In this document: one piece after another, positions 13,471-26,214 of the stretch
Numbering within the stretch: position 1 is the first letter of the stretch
Layout: the number at the start of each line of letters is the position of its first letter
Assembly (NCBI RefSeq): GCF_006345805.1
Contig: NC_042998.1
Coordinates: forward strand, 105,338,001 to 105,402,000
DNA from: Octopus sinensis
Taxonomy: Eukaryota
Direction: 5' to 3'
DNA: 64,000 nucleotides
Program-made: the position numbers and the translations under genes
The notes under the pieces: generated by a model
Told to the model about the DNA's origin: nothing
Databases searched by the model: none
Seen by the model: only the letters and a program-made list of their open reading frames with translations

Positions 13471-14179
13471 CATGCTGTGTCATTGATATTTGTGTAATGA
13501 CTATCCCTAGATACAACATAATTAAATGTGCTTCTATAAAATGGTTCCTTCTTCAACAAGAGAATAAACAAAATAAAAATATTCAAAATGATCTTAAATC
13601 TATGAAGCATGACAATTTGTCTACCTCTTTCCTACTTCACAGACATCCCAGTAGGAGGCTCCTCTCAAAGAGAAACATTAGTGTGTTTTGTCTTTACAGC
13701 TTCTGATCAACTACCTAATATGTTTATTATGATACTTAATGACAATATACACAACTAGAACAAATCATTCATTATAATCTTCATCACAGCAATCAATGTT
13801 AAGATGGTCATGAAAAGCTCTACATTCTTTCAAGTGATTTAAAAGCACTGCTAACACAGTAGAGCACAGTGCTGACTTATAAAACATTTAATATACTTTG
13901 TCACATATTATGGTTGCATAACAAAATACAGTGTTACTACAGGTCATTAACAGGATGCTGGAATATTTTCTCAAATGAAAATTTAAATTTTGTAGGACCC
14001 CACGACACACACACACAATTTTTTTCTGAGTTGCTGGTATATCATTTATGAATTTGTTAAATCATGTTGAAGCAGATATTATTATATTTTAGGAAGGTCA
14101 TTTCTTTTCTTGCCAAATAAACAGACACACTATATATTCTTCACTCATTTATCATTCTTATCTTATCTTATGTCTGTTG

Positions 14180-14220
14180 TCCGGAAATCTTTTGTCACCC
14201 ATCTGTGACCTCTTCAGTGG
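14180..14220 (-). ncRNA. Degenerate hammerhead-like motif
   Basis: cca-CTGAAGA-ggtcac-agatgg-gtgac-aAAAg. G12 is lost, consistent with CpG decay. Stems I and III are not convincing. Confidence 0.3.
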
Positions 14221-14759
14221 CTCTTTTTTCCCATGTGTATCTTCCTGTTCTGTTTAGTCCATTTAGTCTTCTATGATGTGTATCCTTATCTGCACATGCA
14301 TTTGCATCTGTATCTCTATATGTGTGTGTGTGTATCCATGGGTTTGTGTCCATGTGTGTGTGTGAGTGCGTACATGAATTTGCTTACTATATTGTTTGTA
14401 TCTGTACCCTTTATGTAGTTTTTTTTCAATTTTTTCTTTCATCTATTTACTTATTTATCACTGTTTCTAATATTTCATCATAAGTATGTGCATGTGTGTC
14501 TTTTGTGTGTATACATGAGTTTATGTATTATACCGTTTGTATCTGTGTCTTTCCCTCCACCCATTCTGTCTTTAGTTGCCATGTTGCATAGTGCGGTGAT
14601 GGGGGTGGTGTTATTGTTCCATTTGTGTTTTCTGTTGAGGCTTGGTCTATCTATTACTATGTGTGTGGCCTCTGTAACGTGTCTAAGTGTCATATCTGTC
14701 CTATGCATTGATAATACCTTAACCTTTATGTTATTAACCAAGCCAGATGATAAATTGTG

Positions 14760-14935
14760 AGTCTTTGCAGTGGAAGACACCATCAAGGCTTCAAGGAAAT
14801 CCAAGAGAATACAATGAGGCAGCTACTCACTGTCCCCAAAAAGGTATTCTGGGAATGCATCTAGCAATGAAAACAATGCTGGATAAAGTGTATGGCTTCA
14901 GAAAGGGATTACTTCAAAGGTGATGTTAAATGCCA
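14760..14935 (+). pseudogene. mariner transposase C-terminal remnant
   Basis: IQENTMRQLLTVPKKVFWECI*Q*KQCWIKCMASERDYFKGD resembles the mariner C-terminus (..F..W..RW.KC....GDYFEGD). Confidence 0.7.
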
Positions 14936-17544
14936 GTTTGATAGGTGTTGTAGTTTACTTTTTATATTACTAGTCATGATACTTTTTAATTAGACCTCTT
15001 ATCTATCCTAGTTTTTCAAGCCCCTGTCCCGTAATTTAATCTATCTGGTGTTGTTCATTCCCTGAATTTATACAGAATTTATTACATCCTACAATAAACA
15101 CTTTTCTCCACTTATAAGGTTGTGAGACATAAAATGAATAAATAAATGAATAAAACAGTAGCACACCCTACAATCTTAATAAATAGTATTTCACCAGGAT
15201 ATGAAACTAATCAAAATTTCAATGATTAAGCCTGTTTTATTTGGTTTGCTGACTGATTATTTGTGAAGTTAATTGTAAATTATAATTCAAATTATGAGTA
15301 TTCAGAATTTCAGCAGGTATTTGTGGTTAGCAATTTAAAACCATTTGATGGAGATTAGGAAAAAAATGACAGATGTATTTATTGTAACTTTCTCTGTCTA
15401 TAAAACTGGATATGATACTGCTGCTTCCCTTGAAAGAAGTTATTGATTTGATAATAGAATGTGAACGATGAATAACAATTTCATCAATGATTCCATAATA
15501 CAAAGTTATTGGAGTTAAAAAGCAAGCTCACATGCCATACCAAAAAGAATATCATAGATTTCATGATTTGAAGATATTACATTTTCTCTCATTTACATAA
15601 ACAGTTCCTTCACTTTAAAGCACATTATTAACACTTACGAACAATACAATAAAATAAATAATCTTTCATTTGCAATGTTTTCTTTGAATCGTTTATCCAC
15701 CGTTTAAGAATATTTCCAGGTAATATTTCTGGTGATGTATAAGAAGTATCACTGATATAGTTTGAGCAAACACAGAGAATTTGATATTGTCACACTTCAG
15801 AGATTAGAATAAATAAACCAGAGTGTAAAATAAATAAAATCACCAAGATGGTTTTATTTATTTTCACTCCTATTATATTCCACTGTTAGCTCAAAATATT
15901 TATTTACTGACACTTCTTCAACAATTTTCAGCATTTGTCCATAACATTCTCCTTTTGAGCCAACAAAAAAATTTCTATATAGTTGCTGGACCTGCCAGAA
16001 ATAACTGCCAAACTTCCCTCAAATTTATTTGACCATCCAAAAATGTAATTGTGTATCAAATCAGTGTCTTATCATTTATAGAAACAGGTCAAAGGTCAAC
16101 TAATAATTTTAAAGAGCATTTGTAAGAAGTTTGACTAAACAGCAATGGATCACTTAAACACATTGCTTGCTGCTTCACTTCTCAAGTCACTCCCATTTTT
16201 ATTCTGCTGTTTGTCATCTCTTACAGCTCTGCAACACTTCCAGCTTTCAAATTTATCCTGAACAACAGTTAATCTTTAAATTTTTTTTTCCATTCTCACA
16301 GCCACTCCCACAAAGTGTCAATTATCAATTAGCTTTCCTCTACCTACCATCACACACATACACTGATAAATTTCCGCAAATGCAATTTCAGTCTAACCAA
16401 CACCCACAAATACATGAAGCCATATTTACACCTAAAACATATTTTGTTCACCGTCTACCTTCCCCACTTTTACATACATTCTATAATATCACTATCACAT
16501 CATCCTGTTGTGTCAAAATTATGCCATTCTGTTATTGTCAGTATCACTGATGCTCACACACCCAAGTCTGGTTATGTGGGGCTGTCAACTGGAAGAATCA
16601 TTAGAAAGGATTAAAAGATGCTTTGCAGTTTATGGCCCAGCTCTTTACATTTTGTGTTTGAATCCCACTGAGGTTAACTTTACCTTTTATTCTTTTGGAG
16701 TCAAAATAATAAGCATTGGTCAAGTACTGTGGTCAATGGCATTGACTAATCTCTACCCTTTAAAACTGCTGGCTTTGTATCTAAATTAGAAACAATTATG
16801 TCTGGGCTAGGAAAAGGTCTAAGTTTTTAAATGAAGTTTAATGAATTCAGAGCTGTTGTTTAGTCCAGTTTACTGTAGGATTTGGATAGTTTACAACAGG
16901 CATAACCAAAAAGCTTAGTAAGTCCAAACTGAACTGTTTTTGCAAAATGCAGCTCCGTTCATTTGTAAGACAAGGTCTCAGACACTGAGATCTGCAGTCA
17001 TGTAGTGTCACTCAAGATACACTCTCTTCAATATGAAACCCTGCCACACTAGTCTAGTTACATTGCCAGAGTAGGTGGTAAATGAATTCTGAAATGAGTT
17101 TTCTTCAACAACATTAGGAGTAGAGGTGGCCAATACACTCCAAGAATACATTTAAAGCCTCTCTAAAAGATGCAGCACTAACCTAGAGCCATGAGAAAAG
17201 CCTTGCTGTTGAAAAATCTGTCTAGTATATTGTTAGAAAGAATGGTGCCATAGTATTTGAACAAGTTAGAAGCAGATAGGCAGAGCAGAAGAGAATGCTG
17301 AAAAAATTGAGGGTCACTAATACAGCTATAAAGGAATTTTTCTATGACAACTGAGTATATCTCTGAGGGTAAGTGTGATCATTCTTCATATGGATAAATG
17401 GATTCGGTCAATTACTATTATCTCTACCTTCTCCACCATCTCACAAATACTTACTCTTCCCACTCTTATAAATACTCATCCCAAAATTCTTTTATTATAT
17501 GATCAACCTTTTCTCACCACTCTCTTCAAACGCCTCCTCCTCCT

Positions 17545-17870
17545 AATCATCATAATCGTTTAATGTCCGTTTTCCATGCTGGCATGGGTTGGACGGTTTG
17601 ACTGAGGTCTGGAGAGCCAGCAGCTGCACCAAGCTCCCATCTGATCTGGCAATGTTTCTGCAGCTGGATGCCCTTCTTAACGCCAACCACTCTGAGAGCG
17701 TAGATGATGCTTTTTACATGCCACCGGCACAGGAGCCTGTTAGATGGGCCTGGCATCGATCATGTTCGGATATTGCTTTTTATGTCACAAGCATGGGGGG
17801 GGGGCATTCAGGGGGTACTAGTATCAGCCACGTTCAAATGGTACTTTTTTACATGCCATCAGAAATCACT
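17545..17870 (-). mobile_element. RTE 3' terminal fragment
   Basis: catcataatcgtttaatgtccgtttccatgctggcatgggttggacgg terminus plus UTR subunits. Confidence 0.8.
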
Positions 17871-18934
17871 TATTCTTAACAACTTCAATCTCACCATTAT
17901 TCACTAGTCATACATATTTTTGTTTCCAAACTGTTCTTTTCTTCTCTTCTCTTCTCTTCTCCTTCTATATTGTTCAGCAAATAACAAAACATTGATATTA
18001 CTTCCTTACCTTCACTGTATAATACGTTAAGTTTGTACTGGTATTCATGCTGTTTCTTCCACCTTTTTCTTTTTTTTTTAACTAATAAATTGTATTTTAA
18101 ACATGATGTGACACCCATTGTTCAGTTCTCAAAACCATACATTTATAACATCTTCAAGTGCCTTTACTTCTTATCTAACTTTGGAATACTTCAGCCACAG
18201 GGTACTTCTGCTCCGTATATCTTTATACAAAGATTCTTTACCATTTCAGATACCTATACATTTTACATCCTGATTATAAGACAATAAGCCTGAAATAGAT
18301 AAAACAGCCTTAACTTGAAGTATTCTTCTGCTGGAAGAAGTTCAAGTGACAGTTTTAATATAAAAGATGGCTCATTCAGAGTTTATTGATATTAAATCAA
18401 TCTCCTACAGAAAGTATTGCGACCATCTGACACCTACTAACAATATCCATTTATCTAGTTCTCTTCTGCACACATTGAATACTCAAACTGCCTCAAACTC
18501 TTCTCAGACAAGTAATAACAGAAGATTGTAATTTCTGCAACAGACTACTTATAATACCTGGTTTAGATTTGGAAGAGTGTGAAGGAATTTAAAAATAACA
18601 AAAACAACTGTTACTCATTAATTGAAAGTTAGATTTGTTTGCATAGCATTAGAATGCTTTAAGTTTCAGTTGATAATCAATCCGGATTCTGCTGTATCAA
18701 CAGTTACCATTTCCTTTACAAAGTATATATATAATGCTGACTGATATCTACTGATATTATTGTTGCTTCCCTAGTGTGGTGAATTGCCAGAAATATTAGT
18801 GCTTCTGACAAAATACCTTGCAGTATTTAGTTATATATCTCTATTTTTCAGTTCATATCCAGCTAAAATTATTTTATCCTTCTAGAATCAATAAAATAAA
18901 GTACCAGTCAAGTATTGGGATCAATATTATCAAC

Positions 18935-19700
18935 CATGTGGCTTAATTGTTAGGGCATTTGGCTCACAATCGCACGGTTGTGAGTTCAATTCCAGGTGAT
19001 GTGTTGTGTCCTTGAGCAAGACACTTTATTTCATGTTGCTCCAGTCCACCTGGCTGGCAAAAATGAGTTCTACCTGCATTTCAAAGGGCCAGACTTGTCA
19101 CACTTTGTATCATGCTAATTCTCCCTGAGAACTACGTTAAGGGCATGCATGTCTGTGGAGTGCTCAGCCAGCACTGGATTAACCATTATGCAAAATAAGC
19201 ATGAGCTTAGGGCATCAAGGGACAGGGGCTCCACAGAAATGGAAATGGTTTACAGCATGAAGGAAATCACTTTAAACTTGCTAAAATAATATTCATAATG
19301 CCTTATCTCTACTTAGTATAGAAGTTTTACATAAAATTAATTTTAACAATATCGAAGACTTTGCAATTAAATTTTAAAATCAAAGAAAAAATCTTTTCAA
19401 ATATAAATAAAATGGACGTATAGAAAACTAAACATTATTTGCCATCTTATTGTTAGTTTTGTTTTATTTTGAAAAATAAAAATTATTTCCTTGTTTATTA
19501 TTGCTTACATTTTAAATTATTTTTGTTTACATTTTGAACCATTTAGATATACTTGAGGGCACCAAATCTTTTAAGTGCTTAGGGCCTCTATGGGTCTTAA
19601 TCCAGCCCTGTGCTCAGCCACATGCATGTTAACTTCATAAGTAAGTTGTTCTGTTCATTGGATCAACTGGAACTCTTTTTGTCATAACCGAGTGCCAATG
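18935..19700 (+). mobile_element. tRNA-headed SINE split by a hAT MITE
   Basis: Head and gtgtccttgagcaagacac segment. The 3' half matches the intact SINE at 58440-58610 on both sides of the insertion. Confidence 0.8.
19169..19610. mobile_element. hAT-type MITE, 442 bp
   Basis: TIRs cagcactggattaa / ttaatccagccctg, with an 8-bp TSD TGCTCAGC at 19161-19168 and 19611-19618. Confidence 0.88.
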
Positions 19701-20122
19701 TAACCCACTCCACTAAATTTAAGGTCAAGTGTCCATGCTAAAAATCATTATTATTTTCATTATAAGTATACATATCTCATTTTGTTCTATAATTATTTGG
19801 CTATTCTAATTCCTAGCAAAAGCAACGAAATAATTTGTCTTTTATAAACAGTTCCACAGTTGAATTAATAGATATAGCTTGAGGAAGAGAAAATTTCTTC
19901 ATCAGAATGTTCTTAGATAATGGTAACAGATAGAACAGTTGGGAGTGGTGAGTATACTACTACTATTTCCAATCTATTTATTCCCTCTTAGAAAAGTTAG
20001 AAGTTTACACTTGCACACAGTAAACAAATTTATTCCCCATTGTAACAGTCCAACAAAGACTATCTCTTGTTTTTCTTTGATCCTACTGTTTAATTTATGG
20101 TGTAGTTTGATGAGTGTTATTT

Positions 20123-20213
20123 ATAGATATAGATAGATATAGGGATAGATATATAGATAGATAGATAAATAGATAGATAGATAGATTTGATAGATAGATA
20201 GATAGATAGATTT

Positions 20214-20262
<49 letters not shown>

Positions 20263-20270
20263 GTAGATAG

Positions 20271-20303
<33 letters not shown>

Positions 20304-20350
20304 TTGATAGATAGATAGATTTGATAGATAGATAGACAGACAGACAGATA
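20123..20350. repeat. (GATA)n/(GACA)n array at the 3' end of the full-length Tx1
   Basis: Read directly from the sequence. Confidence 0.95.
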
Positions 20351-20718
20351 TGTTTCTTTATTAGCCACACAGGGCTGCACACAGATAGAACAAATTACAA
20401 GGTAGAGCTTTTCTTTTGGGGGTAAAAAAAAAAAGAGAGTGGTGGTTTTCGATCAAAAGGGATCGTAAAAGGAAAGAAAAAGGACAAAAAAAAAGGGAGG
20501 GGTTAAAAAAAAGGGGGGAGAGAGAAAAAAAATGAATAATAGGGATCGTTATCACAGAAATGTCAATATGAAGTGTAAAGGGGAGGACAGGTGAGGTTTA
20601 CCCGTGGAAAGAAAAGCCTACGGAAAAGACCACGGTAACCTCGGTCAATGAAGTCACATGTTATATTTCTTTTTTTTTTTTTTGCAAATAAGCAACTCTC
20701 TGTATTAATTTTTATGGT

Positions 20719-23700
20719 TCATAGAATCATAGTCAAGGTGGCTTCGTCATTCATACGTGCCATCCTTGCTACATTCACCCATCTTTTTTTAAAACATTCA
20801 CTAGACAAAACTTCAAGTGATACTTGAAGAAATTGATGAGAGATTGACCAGAGAGGAAAGTGTTTGTCTCTAATCGCGTCCACCAGATACATTCTTTCGC
20901 CATAGCCACAAGTATGATAAAAATAGCTCTTCCTTCCCGTTTGGAGGAAGGAGGCGTGACGATATTAACGATAGACTCGGCTGATAAACCGACACGTCCC
21001 ACACGTGACAGCAGTCGTTCGACATAAGCCCACAGGTCGGAAATTGCTGGACACTGCACGATTTCGTCGCTCTGCCCGCATCTCGGGCAGGTCGGCCCCG
21101 TGTTTCTCGAGCCATGCCTATAGAGCTTATCCCGAACGGGTAGCGCTTCTCGGTAGCACCGCCAGGCCAGGGATCTCTGGAAGTTGTCCATAGGTCCCGG
21201 GCCGAAAGTCGTTTGAAACAGGCGGGTCAGGTATTCCTCGTCGACGCCCAGGTTTGCCCCGAGATCGTCGTCGTACCTCCCCTCCACTAATCCCCTAGAG
21301 AATGCTTTGGTTGTGTTGAAGTCACTCAAGGTCGACCCGGGACGGCAGAGTTGCTTGAGAGCAACGCGACACTCGCGGTGCCATTCGCCCTTCCTCGGCC
21401 TCTTTTTGATCCACGACTGTAGTTCGGTCATGGAGACGAGTTGCGGGAATGCGTGCCTCACAAACGGCGACCACACCTGTTCACCGTCGTCTACATAGAG
21501 CCGGAGATGTCGCAGTCTCAGCGCGTGTCTGCGCATCATCAACCACGGCATGCCCAGCCCTCCTTTTAACGGATGTTGACAGCAAATGGATCGCCTGACC
21601 ATCGGGACGCATCCTTTCCACAAGAAGCGGAAGAGGATGCGTTCTAGTTTGGTGATGGTAGGGTCGGGACAAGGTACGACGGTCAGGCGGTAGTAGATGA
21701 TGGACGCGATGTACGCGTTCACCACCTCCGCCCGACCTTTTAGGGACAGTTTCCTCTCGGCCCATTGCTGGGCGAGAGTGACCACCCTACTCGTTATCTC
21801 GCTCCAGTTCTTCTCCATTTGGAGGTCCGGACCGAACCAGACCCCGAGCAACTCAACCGGGCCGTCTGTCCAGCGTCCCACGACGGAGGTACTGGTGGAC
21901 AGCATGGGCTTGCTTCTCCAGGTGCTGAGCCGCAAGCCCACTGACTTTTCCCGGTTGATTTTTGCTCCTGTCACCGCTTCGTAGTCTTTCAGTGTCTCGC
22001 CGACCCGCTCGATGTGCTCGTGGCTTGACACTATGACGGTGACGTCGTCCGCGTATGCAGACACGCTCGTCCCGCATCCCAATTCTCGCGGGATGCCCCT
22101 TAGAGTCGCCAGCTTCCGCAGTAGTAGCTCAAGAGTCAATACGTATAGAAGCGCCGAGAGGGGGCATCCCTGACGGACCGAACGTGCAATGTCGAAAGGT
22201 CTCGATAGATGTCCATTTACGCGAATTACCGAACGGATGCCTCTGTACAAGGCAGCTATCCAGCCGCGGAAGACGGGACCGAAACCAGCCGCTCTCAGGA
22301 CTGCCTCCAAGTATCGATGGTCTACCCTAGGCTTTCGATTGATCCAAGTTGATCAGGGCCCCACCCATGCCAGGTTCGTTAACTACCCTGTCTATGATGT
22401 AGCGCATCAGATGGAGGTTGTCATGGATGCTCCGGCCCGGCACGGCGCACGTTTGTGCGTTGTCGACCAGTTTCTCGATGACAAGCGCCAACCTCTTGGC
22501 TAACACCTTTGTCAAAATTTTCAGGTCTGCATTGAGCAGCGTGATTGGTCTAAAGTTATCTATAATGTTTCCCTTGTTTGGATCTTTCTTCAGCAGAGTT
22601 ACAGCTCCTCGACTCACAAAACCAGGTATGCTCCCGTTTTGCTGCCAGTTGCAGTATACCGCTGCCAAGACGTCTCCAAACAAGTCTGGCATACAATTGT
22701 AAAACTCGTAGGGTAGACCATCCAAACCCGGTAATTTGTCCCTCGAGCATTCTGCTATCGCTTCCTGCACTTCCGCCGCCGTGATGGCACCTTCGCAGCA
22801 CCCTGCCTTTCTTGTCGAGAGTCGTGGCAGGCTATGTAGGTAGGCACTGAAGTCCACCCTACGTCTCTGCCCTCCACTCGTCCCGAACAGTCGGGCAAAA
22901 TGCTGCTGAAAGGCCTCACACATTTTACTTGGCTCGAGCAATTCGCGCCGCTGTTCATCTACCAGTGACCGAATGGTGGCTTTGTTGCCCTGTTGCGCCT
23001 CTGCCACCCGGGCCTCTCTCGCGGCTCCAACACCTTCGTTCCTTAGAGCACGCATCCTAGCTCTGACAGCACATCCTTCGTGTTTGGCGTTGAAGTGTTG
23101 GTCGAGGGCCAACCTCGCCGCCAAAACGTCGGATGCGATGCCGCTTCTAATTGCCTCTTCTAGCTTCTTAACTAGCTCACCTCTACTCTATTTCTATCTA
23201 TGGCTAGTGCTTTGCTGTACCTAATCGCTTCTGCTTTTACTGCTCTCTTGAGGGCAAACCACCATTTGTTGTTGATGATGGCTCCCGTCAAACCCCTCTT
23301 TACTAGTGTGCTAATCCGGTCTCTGAAAACTTGTCTGGACGGGAATGAGGCGTTCAGTTTCCAGTACCCAGGACCCTGTCTATGTGCCTTATCTAAGTCT
23401 AGCGTACACGTCACCAATTTGTGATCCGTGTAGCTGACTGTGCGGAATTGTGGACATCCTAAGTTATCCTTGTCTACTGTCCTACACAGTATCCTATCTA
23501 GATACGATCTCGACGACCCACTGCGGTTGCTCCATGTCCACGTTGGTGCATTTGGGTGGTCGAGTCGGTACCTGTCAGACAGTTGGAATCGTCTGAGCAG
23601 GTCTCTGAGGCATTTGCATCCCCTTCTGTTTCTGTCTCTACCCACGTAGTCTAACATGCGTGTCCAAGGTAGCATTCCAATCCCCCACTAAGAGTAAAGG

Positions 23701-24101
23701 ACGAGACGTTCCCAAGAATACTTCTAGACGTCGAAAGAAATCCGCCCGACCTGTTAAGGGCGGTGCGTAGACTGATACGAGTCGAAAAGCGCACCCATTG
23801 CTGCCGTCAACATCCAGAACGATCAGTCTACCCTCCGGGTCTACGAATATCGTCTTGACTTCGAGATCCAGGCTCTTGTGAAAAAGTACCGCGGTGCCAC
23901 TACCGCCCATCCTCGGCAGACAGGGAGCGAAATAAATGTTAAACTGTCCGCCAAACATGGACTTTAGGGCCCGTGGCTCGTGGAGTCTGGTCTCACTTAT
24001 GGCTATGATTCCAAATCATGTGACTTGATGTCATTTAGGAGGTATCCTTGTTTCCAAGGAGACCCCAAGCCACGCGCATTCACACAACCAATCTTGACCA
24101 T
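20719..24101 (-). pseudogene. Tx1 ORF2 (APE endonuclease + reverse transcriptase + C-terminal domain), frameshifted
   Basis: MVKIGCVNARGL, ISETR, VSVYAP, LVGDWNA, SRSYLDRI and YTDHKLV (APE). NFRPITLLNADLKIL, LDQSKA, SVRQGCPLS, AYADDVT and ELLGVWF (RT). At least five frame breaks. Confidence 0.93.
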
Positions 24102-24105
24102 GATT

Positions 24106-26214
24106 CTATTGGGGTGTGTGCTTTAAAACACACAAATGAAAGTACAGAGAGTTACTTACTTGTGTCGAAATTTTGGCTTCCTCGTTCTTTGATGTGTCTT
24201 CGAGGAGGTTTTTATATAGTTTTTGGGACAGATATTTCTGGAAACCCCCTACAGCATTTGGGAAGAGGGCTTTGAGTTTGTGGTGTTGTGTTTGTGTGAT
24301 GTGTAGTATTTGATGTGTTGGGTGGTGGTGTAGTGCGTGGATGATTGCTATTTTTAAGTCATCTTCACAAATGTTTGTGTATCCTGTGATGTACTCCATT
24401 AGTTTGGAGTCTTTGGTGTCTATCGCTGATAGCATTGTTTTTGTGGTGTTGGTGCTTGTTTTGTTGTGTATGGAGTTTTCAGGGTTCAGGTATCTCCCTG
24501 CTTTGGTTGCGATTTCTTGTTTGGTTTTTCTTGATCTTTTTCTTTTACCCCCTGTGGCTATTTGCCATTCTGTCGAACTTTCATCGTTAGATGAAAAGTC
24601 TGACGAATCAGCAGGGGGCAAGGGTAAAGCGTCTGGTGTGTTTGTGCGGTTGTAGATATTGTTGTGGTGCGCGGGGAGGGTGTTGCTGGGGGGTTTGTTG
24701 TGGTTATTGTCTCTCCTACATCCTTGGTGCTTGTCTTCTTCGTTGTTATTCTTGGTGTTGGAATTGGTTTATTTGTTGTTGGTGGTGATGATTCTGTTCT
24801 TGGCGCTGGTGTTGGTGTTGTTTGGTTGGGTTGGCTTGTTCTTTGTTGTTTTTCCTGCATTTCCGCATACAGCTTCTTGACTAGCTGTCCATATTGTGGT
24901 GTGGGCAATAATGCTGGCTTTTGTGATTTTCCTGTGGCTGTTGTTGTTGTTGTAATTTTGCGGCAGATTTGCACTCCTTTTTGAGGTGTGCCTCACTGCC
25001 ACATGTATAGCATCGTGGCCTTCTGCCCTCGACTACTACGTATAACTTGCGGCCATCCTCAAGATGTACGTGGGTGGGGATTTTATTTATGTCCTCTTGA
25101 CTTATGTGGAAGAGGAACTCTATTCTCTTTCCCAGCCAGTCCTTGTTTCCGAAACACCGATATCTAGGATGTTTAGTCCTCCATTTCGGATGTTAAGGCG
25201 GATGTTATCCACAGTGTTGTAGTCACTTGGGGGACACCACTGATAATGACCTTCGTCACCTTCTGGCCGAGGTAACTCGGTGTCATCGTTAGTTCATCAG
25301 AATGAAGGGTTATCGTTGAGAATTTCTTCGCCAACTCTTCATTCTGAAAAACCACCTGTACGTGTGCGAACTTGTTCGCCCAAGTCACACAATCCTTGTA
25401 TCCCAGATGGGGCGTAAGCACTTTTCTATTTTCTCTGTGCTTGCCTTTTCTGGACTTTTAGTTTTTTTATTCGTTATTTTATAGACAATTGTCTTCTTTT
25501 TTCTCCTCATTAGTATGTGTTGAGGTACGTGTAAGAGTATTTTTCCGTTTTCATTTGTAATAAGGTGTCTACAATCTTTTATCTGTTGTGTAGTAAACGA
25601 AACTTTTGTTACCTTTTCTTTTATCGCCTCGGCGAAGTTTGTTGTTGTTTTGTTATTGTTGTTACTGCGGTGGTGTGGTGTTGTGTTGATGGCAGGGGTG
25701 TGGGTTGTAGGTTTGTGGTTGCTGATTATGCAACTAGCAAGGGGTGGAAAATTGTCTGCGTAATTTAGTCCTGCATTAGCGCAAATTTCGGCATTTCGTT
25801 TGCTTGTCGTCGTTATTTTTTCACTTGTTGGTGATGGAGTGAGCAGTGGTTGAAGGGAATTGTTGTTGTCGTCGTTGTTGTTGTTGTTGGTGTTGTTATT
25901 GTCGTTCTTGGTGACGGCGGTGGTGTTAGTGGTATTAGTAGCATTGACGGCACGGTCTTTGGTGGCGGTGATGGTGATGTTGGTATTGTTATTGGTGGCG
26001 ATGTCTTTAGCAGGGATAGCAGTTTTAGTCGCAGATTCTGCCATGGTGTTGTTGTCGGTGTTGGTGGTGGACTCACTGATGGTGTTGACGGTGCTTGGCC
26101 TTGCGACCTTTGTTTTGTATTTGTTGCTGTTGTCGATGTTGATGGTGGTGGAGGTGGTGTTGTTGTCAGGTTCAGCTTGACTTGCACATCAGCCTCGTGG
26201 TGACCAGTGGCCAT
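24106..26214 (-). pseudogene. Tx1 ORF1 (gag-like, CCHC zinc knuckle), frameshifted
   Basis: ATG at 26214 with a T/P/N-rich N-terminus. KVIISGVP and LYVVVEGRRPRCYTCGSEAHLKKEC (CX2CX4HX4C at 24971-25012, in a frame missing from the ORF track). Stop at 24106-24108. Confidence 0.85.

Noticed and set aside
15640-15755. Possible minus-strand exon (DTSYTSPEILPGNILKRWINDSKK) with AG and GTAAGT boundaries
   Set aside because: No partner exons and no recognisable family. Such splice-like signals are common in AT-rich DNA.
16900-17520. Weak RT-like words (RSITIISTFSTI; LDRF..SKAF)
   Set aside because: The strands are inconsistent and the similarity is too weak to call.
22189-23424. Plus-strand ORFs antisense to Tx1 ORF2
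   Set aside because: These are shadow ORFs of GC-rich coding sequence with no motifs.
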